The notes below the pieces were generated by a model. The model was not told the DNA's origin. It saw only the letters and a program-made list of their open reading frames with translations, and made no database searches. Shown piece by piece: positions 10,555-21,100 of a DNA stretch of 64,000 nucleotides. This DNA comes from Pirellulales bacterium (lineage in GTDB: Bacteria; Planctomycetota; Planctomycetia; Pirellulales; PALSA-1355). A program made the position numbers and the translations under genes. The stretch is from positions 416,001 to 480,000 of the forward strand of contig CAVTBU010000005.1 in the NCBI GenBank assembly GCA_963733035.1, written 5' to 3'. Each line of letters opens with the position of its first letter. Positions within the stretch are counted from its first letter, which is position 1.

Positions 10555-12174
10555 CTAGCGAATGCTGCCTTCGACGCGGGTTTTCGCTTTGTCATCCTTG
10601 TCCAACGTGGTCACCAGGGCCTCGGTCGTGAGCATCAGCCCGGCAATGCTGGCCGCGTTGTGCAAAGCGCTGCGGACTACCTTGACCGGATCGATAATGC
10701 CCGCCTTGACCATGTCGACATACTTGCCGGCGTTGGCGTCGTAGCCGGTATTGGTGGGCTTCTGCAGCACCTCGTCCACCACGACCGACCCGTCGATGCC
10801 GCAGTTGTCGGCAATCTGCTTCATCGGGGCCGACAACGAGTGCAAGATGATGTCGACGCCGATTTTCTCGTCTCCCTTGGCCGACGAACGGACCTTCTCG
10901 ACCGCTTCGATCGTGCGCAACAGGGCTACGCCGCCACCAGGCAGAATGCCCTCCTCGACCGCCGCACGCGTGGCATGCAGGGCGTCTTCGACGCGGGCCT
11001 TCTTCTGCTTCATGTCGGCTTCGCTGGCGGCACCCACCGAGAGGATGGCCACGCCGCCGGTTAACTTCGCCAGACGCTCCTGGAACTTCTCCTTGTCGTA
11101 TTCGCTCTCGGTGTTGTCGAGCTGATTGCGAATCTGCTGGATGCGGTTCTGAATGTCCGGCTGCTTACCGGCACCGCGAACGATCGTCGTCGATTCCTTG
11201 TCGACAGTGATCTGTTTGGCGCGGCCCAGGTGCTCCAAGCCAAGATTCTCGAGCTTGAGACCCAGGTCCTCGCTGATCATCGTGCCGGCGGTTAGCACGG
11301 CGATGTCGCCAAGCATGGCCTTGCGGCGATCGCCAAAACCGGGTGCCTTCACGGCACACACATTGAGCACGCCGCGAAGCTTGTTGACGACCAGAGCCGT
11401 GAGCGCCTCGCCGTCAACATCCTCGGCAATCAGCAACAGCGGCTTGCCGCTTTGGGCCACTTTTTCCAGCAGCGGCACCATCTCGCGCAAGTTGCTGATC
11501 TTCTTCTCGTGGATCAAGATCAGGGCGTCTTCCAACTGGCAGTCCATTTCGGTCGGCCGGTTGATGAAATAGGGGGATATGTAGCCCTTATCGAACTGCA
11601 TGCCCTCGACCAATTCCTTGGTCGTTTCAGTCCCCTTGCCCTCTTCGACCGTGATCACGCCATCCTTGCCGACTTTTTCCATCACGTCGGCCAGCAATTG
11701 GCCAATTTCCATGTCATTGTTGGCGCTAATGGCACCGACCTGGGCAATCTCCTCCTTGCTGGAGACCGGCTTGGCCATGGCGTGCAGCTTTTCGATGGCC
11801 GCTTCCACGGCCTTTTCGATGCCACGGCGGACCGCCATCGGGTTGCTGCCGGCCGCGATATTACGAGTGCCTTCCTTGAAGATCGCTCGGGCGAGCACGG
11901 TGGCGGTGGTGGTGCCATCGCCGGCGATGTCCGAAGTCTTCGAAGCGACTTCGTTCACCAGTTTGGCCCCCATGTTCTCGAAGCGGTCTTCCAGCTCGAC
12001 TTCCTTGCTGACGGTGACACCGTCTTTGGTCACCGTCGGGCCGCCAAACGATTTGTCGATGATGACGTTACGACCGGTTGGGCCCATCGTCACCGCGACG
12101 GCATTGGCCAGTTTTTCCACGCCACGCAGCATCTTGGCTCGGGCGGTATCTTCGAAGAGTAATTGTTTTGCCAC
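10555..12174 (-). CDS. groL: Chaperonin GroEL (paralog lacking GGM tail)
   Basis: [39 protein letters not shown]. Confidence 0.98.
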   Translation of the reverse strand: MAKQLLFEDTARAKMLRGVEKLANAVAVTMGPTGRNVIIDKSFGGPTVTKDGVTVSKEVELEDRFENMGAKLVNEVASKTSDIAGDGTTTATVLARAIFKEGTRNIAAGSNPMAVRRGIEKAVEAAIEKLHAMAKPVSSKEEIAQVGAISANNDMEIGQLLADVMEKVGKDGVITVEEGKGTETTKELVEGMQFDKGYISPYFINRPTEMDCQLEDALILIHEKKISNLREMVPLLEKVAQSGKPLLLIAEDVDGEALTALVVNKLRGVLNVCAVKAPGFGDRRKAMLGDIAVLTAGTMISEDLGLKLENLGLEHLGRAKQITVDKESTTIVRGAGKQPDIQNRIQQIRNQLDNTESEYDKEKFQERLAKLTGGVAILSVGAASEADMKQKKARVEDALHATRAAVEEGILPGGGVALLRTIEAVEKVRSSAKGDEKIGVDIILHSLSAPMKQIADNCGIDGSVVVDEVLQKPTNTGYDANAGKYVDMVKAGIIDPVKVVRSALHNAASIAGLMLTTEALVTTLDKDDKAKTRVEGSIR

Positions 12175-12245
12175 GGTGGCGGTTCCTCGTTAATAGCGAA
12201 TACGGATGTTCCCAGTGAGATGCGTGCTCTTGCGCGACTTCACTC

Positions 12246-12545
12246 TCAGCTGACGATCTTCGCCAGCACGTCGCTCTCACGCAGGATCTTTACGTCCTTG
12301 CCGGCGACTTCGATGTCGGTGCCCGAGTACTTGCCGTAGATTACGACGTCGCCCACCGAAACCGAAAGCGTGCCGCGGCTGCCGTTGTCGAGCAGCTTGC
12401 CGGGGCCGGTCGACACGACGGTGCCCCGTTGCGGACGCTCCTTCGCAGTGTCGGGCAGCACGATGCCACCGGACGTTCGCTCTTCGGCTTCCTGGGGTTC
12501 CACCACCACGCGATCGTCGAGTGGTCGCAAGTTAAGCTTTGCCAT
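12246..12545 (-). CDS. groS: Co-chaperonin GroES
   Basis: LRPLDDRVVV, SGGIVLPDTAKE, LRESDVLA. Confidence 0.98.
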   Translation of the reverse strand: MAKLNLRPLDDRVVVEPQEAEERTSGGIVLPDTAKERPQRGTVVSTGPGKLLDNGSRGTLSVSVGDVVIYGKYSGTDIEVAGKDVKILRESDVLAKIVS

Positions 12546-12663
12546 GTTCGTTGTCCTTCAGTTGGAAGTTGTATGCAAATTGTGGTTGTGAATATTCGGA
12601 TTGACCTGTTCGGAAACGGCAAGCGACGCGTGTGTCGCCAAGTCGCCGCCAGGATGTGCGAAC

Positions 12664-14361
12664 CTACATCATGCCAGGCATCCCGCCCATGCCACCCATG
12701 CCGCCCATTCCCATGCCGCCCATTCCTCCCATGCCACCCATGCCGTGATCGTGGTGGTCATGATCGCCGGCCTCCTCTTCGCTGGGAATCTCGGTGATAA
12801 GTGACTCGGTGGTGAGCAACAAGGCGGCAACGCTCGAACCGTTTTGCAATGCCGTACGCACAACCTTGGCCGGATCGATGATGCCGGCCGCAACCAGATC
12901 GGTGTAGACATCTTTGTCAGCGTCGTAGCCTTCGTTTTTGCCTTTGAGGTGACGCACACGATTGACGACCACCGCGCCATCGAGACCGGCGTTATGTGCA
13001 ATCGCCCGCAGCGGATGATCAAGCACATTGCGAATGATGTCGGCACCGTGCTTTTCATCGCCAGTAAGGTTGAGTTTCGAGAGCGCCGATTCGGCACGCA
13101 ACAGAGCCACGCCACCGCCGGGCACGATACCTTCTTGCAAGGCCGCCTGGGTGGCCGCTTTGGCGTCTTCGATAAGCGCTTTGCGTTCCTTCATTTCGGT
13201 TTCGGTCGCCGCGCCGACGTTGATCTGAGCCACGCCGCCTGCCAGCTTCGCCAGTCGCTCTTGCAACTTTTCGCGATCGTACTCGCTGTCGGTGACTTCG
13301 ATTTCCTTGCGGATCTGTTCGGCCCGGCCGTCAATGGCGTCTTTTTTGCCGGCGCCACCAACCAGCGTTGTTTCCTCGGCCGTGATGGTAATCTTCTTCG
13401 CCTTGCCCAGATCCGAGAGTTTCACGGCGTCGAGCGCGATCCCCAGGTCCTTGAAGATGGCCGTGCCTCCGGTCAAGATCGCCAAATCGCCCAGGATCGC
13501 TTTGCGGCGATCGCCGTAGCCAGGAGCCTTTACCGCACAGACGTTCAAGATGCCGCGCATCTTATTGACGACCAGCGTCGCCAGGGCTTCGCCTTCGACG
13601 TCTTCGGCGATGATCAACAGTGGCTTGTTGGCCTTGCTTACAGCCTCGAGCAGTGGCACCAGGTTCTTGGCGTTGGAAATCTTCTCCTCGTAGATCAGGA
13701 CCAAGGTGTTTTCCAACTCCACCGTCTGATCTTCGGCGTTCGTGACAAAGTGGGGCGAGAGGAAACCGCGGTCGAATTGCATGCCTTCGACCACCTCGAC
13801 GAAAGTCTCGTTCTGGCGCCCTTCTTCGATCGTGATCACGCCATCCTTACCAACCTTCAGAAAGGCGTCGGCCAGCACGCTGCCGATTGTCGGGTCGTTA
13901 TTGCCCGCGATGGTCGCGACCTGCACGATCTCTTTTTTGCTCTTCTCGTCGATGGGCGTGGCCATCTTGGCAATCGCGTCGCTTACCGCCTCGGTCGCCT
14001 TATGGATACCACGCGACAGCGCCATCGGATCCGCCCCGGCCGCGATCATCTTCAGACCTTCGCGAAAGATGGCCTCGGCCAATACCGTGGCGGTGGTGGT
14101 GCCGTCGCCAGCCACGTCGTTTGTTTTGCTGGCCGCTTCCTTGACCAACTGGGCCCCCAGGTTCTCGTATGGGTCATCCAGTTCGATGTTCTCGGCTACG
14201 GTGACGCCGTCCTTGGTCACTTTCGGCGAGCCCCAGCCCTTATCGAGCACGGCATTGCGACCACGCGGCCCCAACGTGCTGCGGACGGCACGCGCTAGTT
14301 TGCTCACGCCGGCGGCCAGCGCCTGGCGGGCCTCTTCGTCAAAGACCATTTGCTTTACCAC
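12664..14361 (-). CDS. groL: Chaperonin GroEL (paralog with His-rich and GGM tail)
   Basis: GTG at 14361 after [29 protein letters not shown]; tail [15 protein letters not shown]... Confidence 0.97.
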   Translation of the reverse strand: MVKQMVFDEEARQALAAGVSKLARAVRSTLGPRGRNAVLDKGWGSPKVTKDGVTVAENIELDDPYENLGAQLVKEAASKTNDVAGDGTTTATVLAEAIFREGLKMIAAGADPMALSRGIHKATEAVSDAIAKMATPIDEKSKKEIVQVATIAGNNDPTIGSVLADAFLKVGKDGVITIEEGRQNETFVEVVEGMQFDRGFLSPHFVTNAEDQTVELENTLVLIYEEKISNAKNLVPLLEAVSKANKPLLIIAEDVEGEALATLVVNKMRGILNVCAVKAPGYGDRRKAILGDLAILTGGTAIFKDLGIALDAVKLSDLGKAKKITITAEETTLVGGAGKKDAIDGRAEQIRKEIEVTDSEYDREKLQERLAKLAGGVAQINVGAATETEMKERKALIEDAKAATQAALQEGIVPGGGVALLRAESALSKLNLTGDEKHGADIIRNVLDHPLRAIAHNAGLDGAVVVNRVRHLKGKNEGYDADKDVYTDLVAAGIIDPAKVVRTALQNGSSVAALLLTTESLITEIPSEEEAGDHDHHDHGMGGMGGMGGMGMGGMGGMGGMPGMM

Positions 14362-14525
14362 GCGGAATCTCCTCCTAGTTACGGGCGTTTTCACGCTCGG
14401 CTGTCGAAATCGCGCTCATGCGGAGAGCTGCCAGACAGTCGAGCTTCGTGGATTGTGTGCGGTGTATTTAAAGCCCTGGCCAAAGGCCACAATGGCAGGC
14501 TGGAGCCTGGGCGGTCGACCATTTA

Positions 14526-14541
14526 AGCAACGCTTGTGCCA
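14526..14541 (-). promoter_or_regulatory. sigma54 (-24/-12) promoter of the chaperone operon
   Basis: Minus strand TGGCAC-AAGCG-TTGCT matches TGGCAC-N5-TTGCW exactly, ~165 nt upstream of groEL. Confidence 0.8.
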
Positions 14542-14691
14542 GGAAGCACAATTCTAACGCAAGTCTTTTAACACCTAATACTTACGGATCCTTACGATGC
14601 CCCGATGCGGCGGGGCGCGGTAATCGCCAGAAGTGAATCGGTGCCATTTTGGCAGGTCGCTGCCATCGTCCTCATGACGACAAGCAGCCGC

Positions 14692-15759
14692 TCAGTTCCG
14701 CGTGTGGATCCAGAGATCCTGCGGTTGGCCAAACATCTCGAACCGCCGCTCGATGCGGGCGCCCAGCTTCGTCGCCACGCGGGCCGAAGGCAGATTGTCT
14801 GGATGGATGATGCTGCAGGCCTGTTCAATGCCCAAATTCGCAAAACACCACTCAAGCGCCCCGCGGGCAACTTCGGTGGCGATGCCCTGTCCCTGGCGAC
14901 GCGGATCGACCAGCCAGCCGATTTCGAGCATTGGCCAACCTTCCGGAAACCACGGCCCGCATTCACCTACAAAAACCCCCGTTCGTTGGTCCTCGATGGC
15001 CAGGCGCGTGTAGCCGCGGAGTTGCCGATGCCCCAAGAAGGTGGCAATCTGCCTCCAGGTTTGAGCACGGTTGAGCGTTTGACCGTCACCAACATAGCGC
15101 ATCACATCGCGGTCAGCATAAAACCGGGCGAGCTCTTCCATGTCCCGCTCGCGAAACGGCCGCAGCCGAAACCGTTCGGTGAGTATTTCGAAGCTCTCGG
15201 GTGCCACGGGAAGTGCCACATGCCCAGAATCCGGCCGAGAAATCGCGGCCGGTCGTTCGTGTACCCAGACGTCCGCGGCGGCCCCCATTACCTCGGCGCG
15301 CTTCTCCAACTTCGCGCCGAGCTTTTCGGCAACGCGGGCCGAAGGCGCGTTATCGGGTGCGACCAAGCTACAAATCCGGTCGACGCTGAGATTCTCGAAG
15401 CTCCAATCCAGGGCCGCGCGACCGGCCTCGGTGGCGATGCCGTTTCGCTGGCGGTGCGGGTCAACCACCCACCCCACCTCGAGCATCGGCCAACCCTCGG
15501 GAAACCAAGGACCGGTGCGACCCAGGAAATCGCCGCTTTGGCGGTCCTCGATGGCCACGATCGAATAGCCGCGGATTTGTTGGTGCCCCAAAAAGCAGGC
15601 AATCTGCCGCCAGCTGTCGGCGCGGTCGAGCGTCTTACCCGAGCCCAGATAACGCATCACGTCCGGATTGGCGTTGAGCGATGCCAAGGCATCGAGGTCC
15701 GCTTCCTGGAACGGGCGCAACCGCAATCGCGGTGTTTCAATAACCGGCATGGTTTGCAT
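14692..15759 (-). CDS. Tandem-domain GNAT (RimJ/RimL-like) acetyltransferase
   Basis: Two repeats of T.R.RLRPF...VMRY.G...GPWFPEGWPMLE.GW...G.GIATE...PDN.PSARVA.KLGA. Confidence 0.9.
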   Translation of the reverse strand: MQTMPVIETPRLRLRPFQEADLDALASLNANPDVMRYLGSGKTLDRADSWRQIACFLGHQQIRGYSIVAIEDRQSGDFLGRTGPWFPEGWPMLEVGWVVDPHRQRNGIATEAGRAALDWSFENLSVDRICSLVAPDNAPSARVAEKLGAKLEKRAEVMGAAADVWVHERPAAISRPDSGHVALPVAPESFEILTERFRLRPFRERDMEELARFYADRDVMRYVGDGQTLNRAQTWRQIATFLGHRQLRGYTRLAIEDQRTGVFVGECGPWFPEGWPMLEIGWLVDPRRQGQGIATEVARGALEWCFANLGIEQACSIIHPDNLPSARVATKLGARIERRFEMFGQPQDLWIHTRN

Positions 15760-15800
15760 GAGCCGATCCTCCGCCCAATAGCCTAACGAACATCATCACC

Positions 15801-16859
15801 CTAGGGAATGAACGACTCGTCGCCTGCCAACCGCAGGGCAAAGCCGGCCAACAGGTCGGCCGCCTTGTCGATGTCATCGAGCGAAATCATTTCTACCGGA
15901 CTGTGCATATACCGATTCGGGATGCTGACCAGCCCCGTGGCCACGCCGCCGCGACTGATTTGCATTGTGTTGGCGTCGTTTGGCGTCGCCCGACCACTAG
16001 CCGCCATCTGATAGGGCACTTCGCCGGCGGTTGCCGTTTCCATGAGTCTATCGACGACCCTGGGGTTCATGTTTGGGCCGCGATAGATCACGGGACCACG
16101 CCCCAGGGCAATGTCCCCCTCCTGCTTCTTGTCGATCGTGGGACAATCGGTGGCGTGCGTAACGTCGATCGCAATACCCACGTGCGGATTGACACCATAG
16201 GTGCTGGTGGTGGCACCGCGGAGGCCAATTTCTTCCTGGACCGTTGAGACCGCGAACAGGCCACAACTGAGCTTCTTCGGCGCCGTGCGCCGCAGCGCTT
16301 CGATGGCCACCCAAAGGCCCGTCTTGTTGTCCATGCCGGGCGAACTGGCCAATCGGTTTCGCATCTCGGTATAGCCAAGCTGCAGCGTCACCGGATCGCC
16401 AACCTTAACGATGCCCGCGGCCTCCTCCTTGGTACGGCAACCGATGTCGAGCCACAAATCCTTGAGCCTAGGCACCTGCTTGCGTTCTTCGTCGGCCAGC
16501 AGGTGAATCGGCTTGCGGGCAATCGCGCCAAACACCGGACCTGCTACGGTCCAGACCGTGAGCTTTTGGCCGATGAGTACGATCGGATCCCAGCCGCCGA
16601 TCGGTTGCACGTACAGAAATCCCTGCTCGTCGATGTATTGCACCAGAAACCCGATCTGATCGCAGTGCCCGGCGAGCATTACACGCAACTTTGCGTCCGG
16701 ATTGCGAGCCACGATGACATTGCCATGCACGTCGGTGGAGACGGCATCGGCAAACGGCGCAACGTATTGCCGCACTACCTCTTGAATCCGCTGCTCGAAG
16801 CCCGAAGGGCTGGGTGTTTCCAACAACGTGCGCAAGAAGTCCAAGGCTTCGGGGTTCAT
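15801..16859 (-). CDS. M42 family metallopeptidase
   Basis: PSPSGFE, AGHCDQIG, MDNK, VQEEIGLRGA, RYMHSPVE; ATG at 16859. Confidence 0.93.
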   Translation of the reverse strand: MNPEALDFLRTLLETPSPSGFEQRIQEVVRQYVAPFADAVSTDVHGNVIVARNPDAKLRVMLAGHCDQIGFLVQYIDEQGFLYVQPIGGWDPIVLIGQKLTVWTVAGPVFGAIARKPIHLLADEERKQVPRLKDLWLDIGCRTKEEAAGIVKVGDPVTLQLGYTEMRNRLASSPGMDNKTGLWVAIEALRRTAPKKLSCGLFAVSTVQEEIGLRGATTSTYGVNPHVGIAIDVTHATDCPTIDKKQEGDIALGRGPVIYRGPNMNPRVVDRLMETATAGEVPYQMAASGRATPNDANTMQISRGGVATGLVSIPNRYMHSPVEMISLDDIDKAADLLAGFALRLAGDESFIP

Positions 16860-16973
16860 GCGTTCGGATCTCAAGGTGGCAGACGAGTTGAAAGGACCAG
16901 CGCGAAAGTTATCGCACGATTCGGCAAGGCTGACAAGCTGGGGGCACGCGACTAGCACCGGCGCCCGCTCGGG

Positions 16974-17020
16974 TTGACATGCGCCTACACATGTAGGTAT
17001 CCTGCGCCTACACTTGTAAG
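16974..17020 (+). promoter_or_regulatory. sigma70-type promoter with two BlaI/MecI/CopY operators
   Basis: TTGACA (16974-79), N18, TATCCT; TACA-CA-TGTA (16986-95) and TACA-CT-TGTA (17009-18), each preceded by GCGCC. Confidence 0.75.
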
Positions 17021-17069
17021 CATTCGCTTCGACCGTCAACCGCGCTAGCCCCTTGCGAGGAATCCAAAC

Positions 17070-17462
17070 GTGCCCAAAAGCCAAGGACTGCCTGCCCTGT
17101 CCGACGCACAACTCGAAGTCATGGACGTCGTCTGGACGGCCGGGGAATGTTCGGTCAGCGACGTCTGGAAGGTGTTGCACGAAAGGCGCGGCATTGCCCG
17201 CAATACCGTGCATACGCTGGTCGTGCGATTGGAAGAGAAGGGCTGGCTGACGCACAGGGAGACGAACGCTGGGTTCGTCTATCGATCCACCACCTCGCGC
17301 GTGGAGTCGCAACAGCGCACACTGAAGAAGATCGTTGAGACCGTGTTCAACGGATCCGCCGAGGGCCTGGTGCTGGCCTTACTCAACGGAGGAAACCTAT
17401 CCAAGGCCGAAGCTGCTCGCATCCAACAACTCATCGCTGGCGCGAAAGGAAAAAAGGCATGA
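17070..17462 (+). CDS. BlaI/MecI/CopY family transcriptional repressor
   Basis: LSDAQLEVMDVVW, TVHTLVVRLEEKGWL, VFNGSAEGLVLAL. Confidence 0.93.
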   Translation: MPKSQGLPALSDAQLEVMDVVWTAGECSVSDVWKVLHERRGIARNTVHTLVVRLEEKGWLTHRETNAGFVYRSTTSRVESQQRTLKKIVETVFNGSAEGLVLALLNGGNLSKAEAARIQQLIAGAKGKKA

Positions 17463-19912
17463 ACGCGTGGCACGTGTTTGGAATCGCGGTCGTCTTGCAG
17501 GTGACGGCGATCAGCCTGATCGCATGTCTGTCGATGGCCCTGTTGCAGCGCTGGGCTCCGCTGCGGCACGCGGCGGGCGTGGTGGCACTTACGTTTGTGC
17601 TCGCCAGTCCAATCACTGCTCAGTTGCTTCCCGAACCAACCTGGTTGAAAAGCTTACGGTCTCCAGCCGCGACAGCCGACTTGATGGAAAACCGGGCGTC
17701 ACTTAGAGCGATCACGGAACTACGGCCGTCGCCGGTTATCGCGACAACCAAGCCCCACCTTCACGCGAACGACCCGGTGGATGACGTCGGTTCTAGATCA
17801 CCGTCCGCAGCCAAAGCGGTTCGCGACACGCCCGCGGAACCGAGCAAGCTGGGCGGCCGCCGGAAGTTTCTCGACATCGATTGGAAGGCGTGGTCGCCCT
17901 GGGTTTGCAACACAGTTGGCGCCGCATGGCTGGTGGGCGTACTGGTATTCACTTGCCGCCATTTTATAGCGTGGCGTCCGATTCGTGCCTTGGTGGTCTC
18001 CGCTGGGAAGGCCGCGATCGATCCGATCGTGGCGACCGAGGCGAGGCTCGCCCTGGGCCTGAACGCGCTGCCCCCTGTTTTCGTTTCAGACCTGGCACCG
18101 ATGCCAATGGTGGTCGGCTGCCGGCGTCCCCGAGTCGTGCTTCCGCGAGCCCTCTTGGAAACCTCGACCGCCGACCGGCTGCGCGACGTGCTCATTCACG
18201 AGTTCGCGCACATCCTGCGACGAGATTCATGGATTCATGCCGCACAGCAAGTGGCCGGGATCGTTTGTTGGCCACACCCTGGCGTGCAGTGGCTTAATCG
18301 CGAGATCGCCCGAGCGCGCGAAGAAGTGTGCGATAACTTCGTGCTCGGGCGAACCAGCTCGGTGGAGTATGCGCAAACGCTGCTCGACTTGGCGCAAGCC
18401 TGCGGCCGCACAAAAGGCGCACTATCGCTCTTGGGCTTGTTTACGCGCCGCTGGACGTTGGAACAGAGGATCACAGGCATACTCAGCCCGAGCCGAAGCG
18501 TCTCCACTCGCACTTGGCCAATCGCGCCCCTCTTGACCGCCGTGCTGCTCGGCACGGCGAGTCTGGTCGTTGGCGGCGTGCGGGCGGAACGTGCGACAGA
18601 CGAGCCGGCGCACAACTCAGACACGAAACCGGCGCCGGTCGCATTGGCAATCAAGCAAGCAGATCCAAAAGTGTTTCCGCCGGACGCACAACAGCCGAAA
18701 CGCCCCGACACGCCAACCGGCCGGCTGCTCGACAAACTGGAAGCACAGAATGCCGACAATGGCGTGCGTCTTACCGATCCTTGGCTCCGCACCATGAAGG
18801 AGATTGTCGATCTGGGTCCTCGCGCCGTGCCCGAGTTGATTGCAGAGCTCGACGCCACAAGCGACGAAGCGATGCTGCGTTGTCTCGGTTTTATTCTGCG
18901 GGCGATTGGCGACAAGCGCGCCGTGCCGGCTCTAATTCGTGCGATTTCCAAGACCCTGGTGCCATCGAGTTCAGACTATGGACTGACCGCCAAAGACGAC
19001 GAGCTCGCCAGATTCGCACGGAAGTATGATATGGATGACAACAACGACGTAGGCGATCAGTACAGTTTCGGGCGGCCAATCCGAGAGATCTTCGCGTCGC
19101 TCGAATCGTTAACCGATCAGCGTTTCGACGAGAGTGAGCTGTTTCATACCTTCCGCACCGGCACCGATTCGCAAATGCATCTCAAGCGACTCGCGTACCA
19201 TCGCGTGGCCAGAAAATGGGCCGATTGGTGGGAAGGCAAGGCGCCGGCGCTGATCCGCGACAAGGCGTACTGGAAAGTGCATCTTCCGGTCCCGCCGGAA
19301 AAGGGTGCGCAGGTGGATGGCGCTGCCACCACCTATAAGGTAAGCGAGCGGCACTCGAATTGGATTCTGCAATCAATTTTCGATGCCAAGGCCGAGCGAT
19401 CGCTCTTCGATCTCGATACGGGGCGCACCGCAGGATTGCCCAAGAAATGGCGCAGCCCCGAAGCAATCGATGCACACTTTGACGAGATTCTCGCTTGGGC
19501 TGCCAGCGAAGGCTTTGACTTGCTGGGAACCGACTACGTGGACTTCGACGGTCGACGGTACTTCGCGCTTCGTCAGATCGGCCTACAGGCCTGGGAGTTG
19601 GGCCCTGATCGGTGGAAGAAACTTCCAGCGACCATCCGCATCGACGCCTTGTTGAAGGAGGGCGTCCCTGCCAAGAACTGGTTGCTCCACATCGACAAGG
19701 AGTCCGGACAGCTTGACCCGAAAGCGACTGTTCCTTTCCTGTATATCACTCGGGAGGGCAACCCGGGCGTACTGTATGTTGGGATCGAAGTCCAGGACGA
19801 CAGCCTGAAACCGGGCGGGATTGTCATGGGTGACAGCGAACTGGACCCCGTCGCCTTTACCAAAGGCAGGCGGTTCGCGTTCACCGAATTGATGGAAAGC
19901 GCGAATGAGTGA
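17459..19912 (+). CDS. M56 family (BlaR1-like) membrane metallopeptidase with HEAT-like C-terminal domain
   Basis: ATGA overlap with blaI stop; HEFAHILRRD, WPHP, REEVCD, LEQRI; HEAT-like LRAIGDKRAVPALIRA. Confidence 0.9.
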   Translation: MNAWHVFGIAVVLQVTAISLIACLSMALLQRWAPLRHAAGVVALTFVLASPITAQLLPEPTWLKSLRSPAATADLMENRASLRAITELRPSPVIATTKPHLHANDPVDDVGSRSPSAAKAVRDTPAEPSKLGGRRKFLDIDWKAWSPWVCNTVGAAWLVGVLVFTCRHFIAWRPIRALVVSAGKAAIDPIVATEARLALGLNALPPVFVSDLAPMPMVVGCRRPRVVLPRALLETSTADRLRDVLIHEFAHILRRDSWIHAAQQVAGIVCWPHPGVQWLNREIARAREEVCDNFVLGRTSSVEYAQTLLDLAQACGRTKGALSLLGLFTRRWTLEQRITGILSPSRSVSTRTWPIAPLLTAVLLGTASLVVGGVRAERATDEPAHNSDTKPAPVALAIKQADPKVFPPDAQQPKRPDTPTGRLLDKLEAQNADNGVRLTDPWLRTMKEIVDLGPRAVPELIAELDATSDEAMLRCLGFILRAIGDKRAVPALIRAISKTLVPSSSDYGLTAKDDELARFARKYDMDDNNDVGDQYSFGRPIREIFASLESLTDQRFDESELFHTFRTGTDSQMHLKRLAYHRVARKWADWWEGKAPALIRDKAYWKVHLPVPPEKGAQVDGAATTYKVSERHSNWILQSIFDAKAERSLFDLDTGRTAGLPKKWRSPEAIDAHFDEILAWAASEGFDLLGTDYVDFDGRRYFALRQIGLQAWELGPDRWKKLPATIRIDALLKEGVPAKNWLLHIDKESGQLDPKATVPFLYITREGNPGVLYVGIEVQDDSLKPGGIVMGDSELDPVAFTKGRRFAFTELMESANE

Positions 19913-19934
19913 AGAGAACTCGCGACACCTCGCC

Positions 19935-19976
19935 AAATAAAAACCGGGCCGGCGAATCAACTCCGCACGGCCCGGT
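19935..19976 (-). terminator. Intrinsic terminator after the DUF1573 gene
   Basis: ACCGGGCCG...CGGCCCGGT stem followed on the minus strand by TTTTATTT. Confidence 0.65.
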
Positions 19977-20010
19977 GCCCGGAACTGTTACTAGCCAGTT
20001 ACCGCGGTTG

Positions 20011-21003
20011 TTATTTGCCCGCCAGGGGAGTGTTGATTTCGCACTTGACCGGCAGCGTGACGCTTTGGCCATCGTGCTTGTCGGTGATGATCTCGATGTT
20101 GCACGAGGTCTTGCCCGGCTTGTTGGGCACGGTGAATTTCACCGGCACCAGGTGCACTGTCTTGGCCTCGTCCGACGATTGGAACTGGAAGCCCTGCTCG
20201 TCGCAGCGAATATCGACGATCTTGAACGGCTCGGCGGCCTTGACGACGATCTGCTTGGTAACTTCCTGGCCGGGCTGCAACGAACCGAGAATCAGCGTCG
20301 CGGGGCTGACGGTCAATTCGGGAACAATCCGACCTTCGATCTTCACGGGGAACTGGCTGGCACGCCGATCGTTGGTTAGCAGCGTGAGCTGATCGTTGAG
20401 GTAGCCCTCGGGGACATCACCGGCCAGCTTGACGTCCAGCTCGTAACCCACGCGACCATGTTCGCGCTTGATTTCCTTGACGTCGGCCGTCACGTAGGGC
20501 GAGTCGGTTTTCACGCCGGTGATCTGCCAGTCGTTGCGTCCGGCGTATTCGATTCGCACCTTCTTCTCTTCCGGCCGGCCTTCCGCCACCGTGCCGAAGT
20601 TCACGTAGGTTGGGTTAAGAACGACGTCGGTGCGGATATAGCCCTTCACCTGGAGTTGCACTTCGGCCCACTGCGGACGGTCGAACGTAACCGTCACCGT
20701 CGCGCCGCGCTGCCCCGTGAAGGCCTGTGTGTTGAAGCGGGCGACAACCTTGCCGGACTGCTTCGGCCCCAGCGTATCTCCCTCGATCCGCGGCTGGGTG
20801 CAACCACAGCTTGAGCGGACGTGCGAGATATGCACTTCCTCGTTGTACGGATTGGTGACGACGAATTCGTGCTCGATCTTCGCGGCACGCGGCACGGCGC
20901 CAAAATTGATGCTCCGCTCGCTAAACATCTTCTCGGCCCATTGCTGCGCCGACGCCGTGGAAGCAACCAAAGCGACCGCGAGAGTACATAGGATGCGACC
21001 CAT
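20011..21003 (-). CDS. DUF1573 domain-containing secreted protein (Ig-like repeats)
   Basis: Signal peptide; WAEKMF...FGAVPR; VRSSCGCT. Confidence 0.85.
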   Translation of the reverse strand: MGRILCTLAVALVASTASAQQWAEKMFSERSINFGAVPRAAKIEHEFVVTNPYNEEVHISHVRSSCGCTQPRIEGDTLGPKQSGKVVARFNTQAFTGQRGATVTVTFDRPQWAEVQLQVKGYIRTDVVLNPTYVNFGTVAEGRPEEKKVRIEYAGRNDWQITGVKTDSPYVTADVKEIKREHGRVGYELDVKLAGDVPEGYLNDQLTLLTNDRRASQFPVKIEGRIVPELTVSPATLILGSLQPGQEVTKQIVVKAAEPFKIVDIRCDEQGFQFQSSDEAKTVHLVPVKFTVPNKPGKTSCNIEIITDKHDGQSVTLPVKCEINTPLAGK

Positions 21004-21100
21004 GGCTTACCCCATGAAACGTAAATGTGTGGTAGGTGCTCGCTGCGCGAGCAGGTTGGTGTGTTACGGAAACCTTAGTTCACAACAAATGGCACGCACT

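Noticed and set aside
12676..12745. Short tandem repeats resembling an array
   Set aside because: They encode the GroEL GGM tail; not CRISPR
12844..14298. Long antisense ORF (484 aa) opposite groEL, and similar ones opposite the metalloprotease, dnaJ, the amidotransferase and the sulfatases
   Set aside because: Shadow ORFs expected from codon bias in GC-rich genes; no motifs of their own
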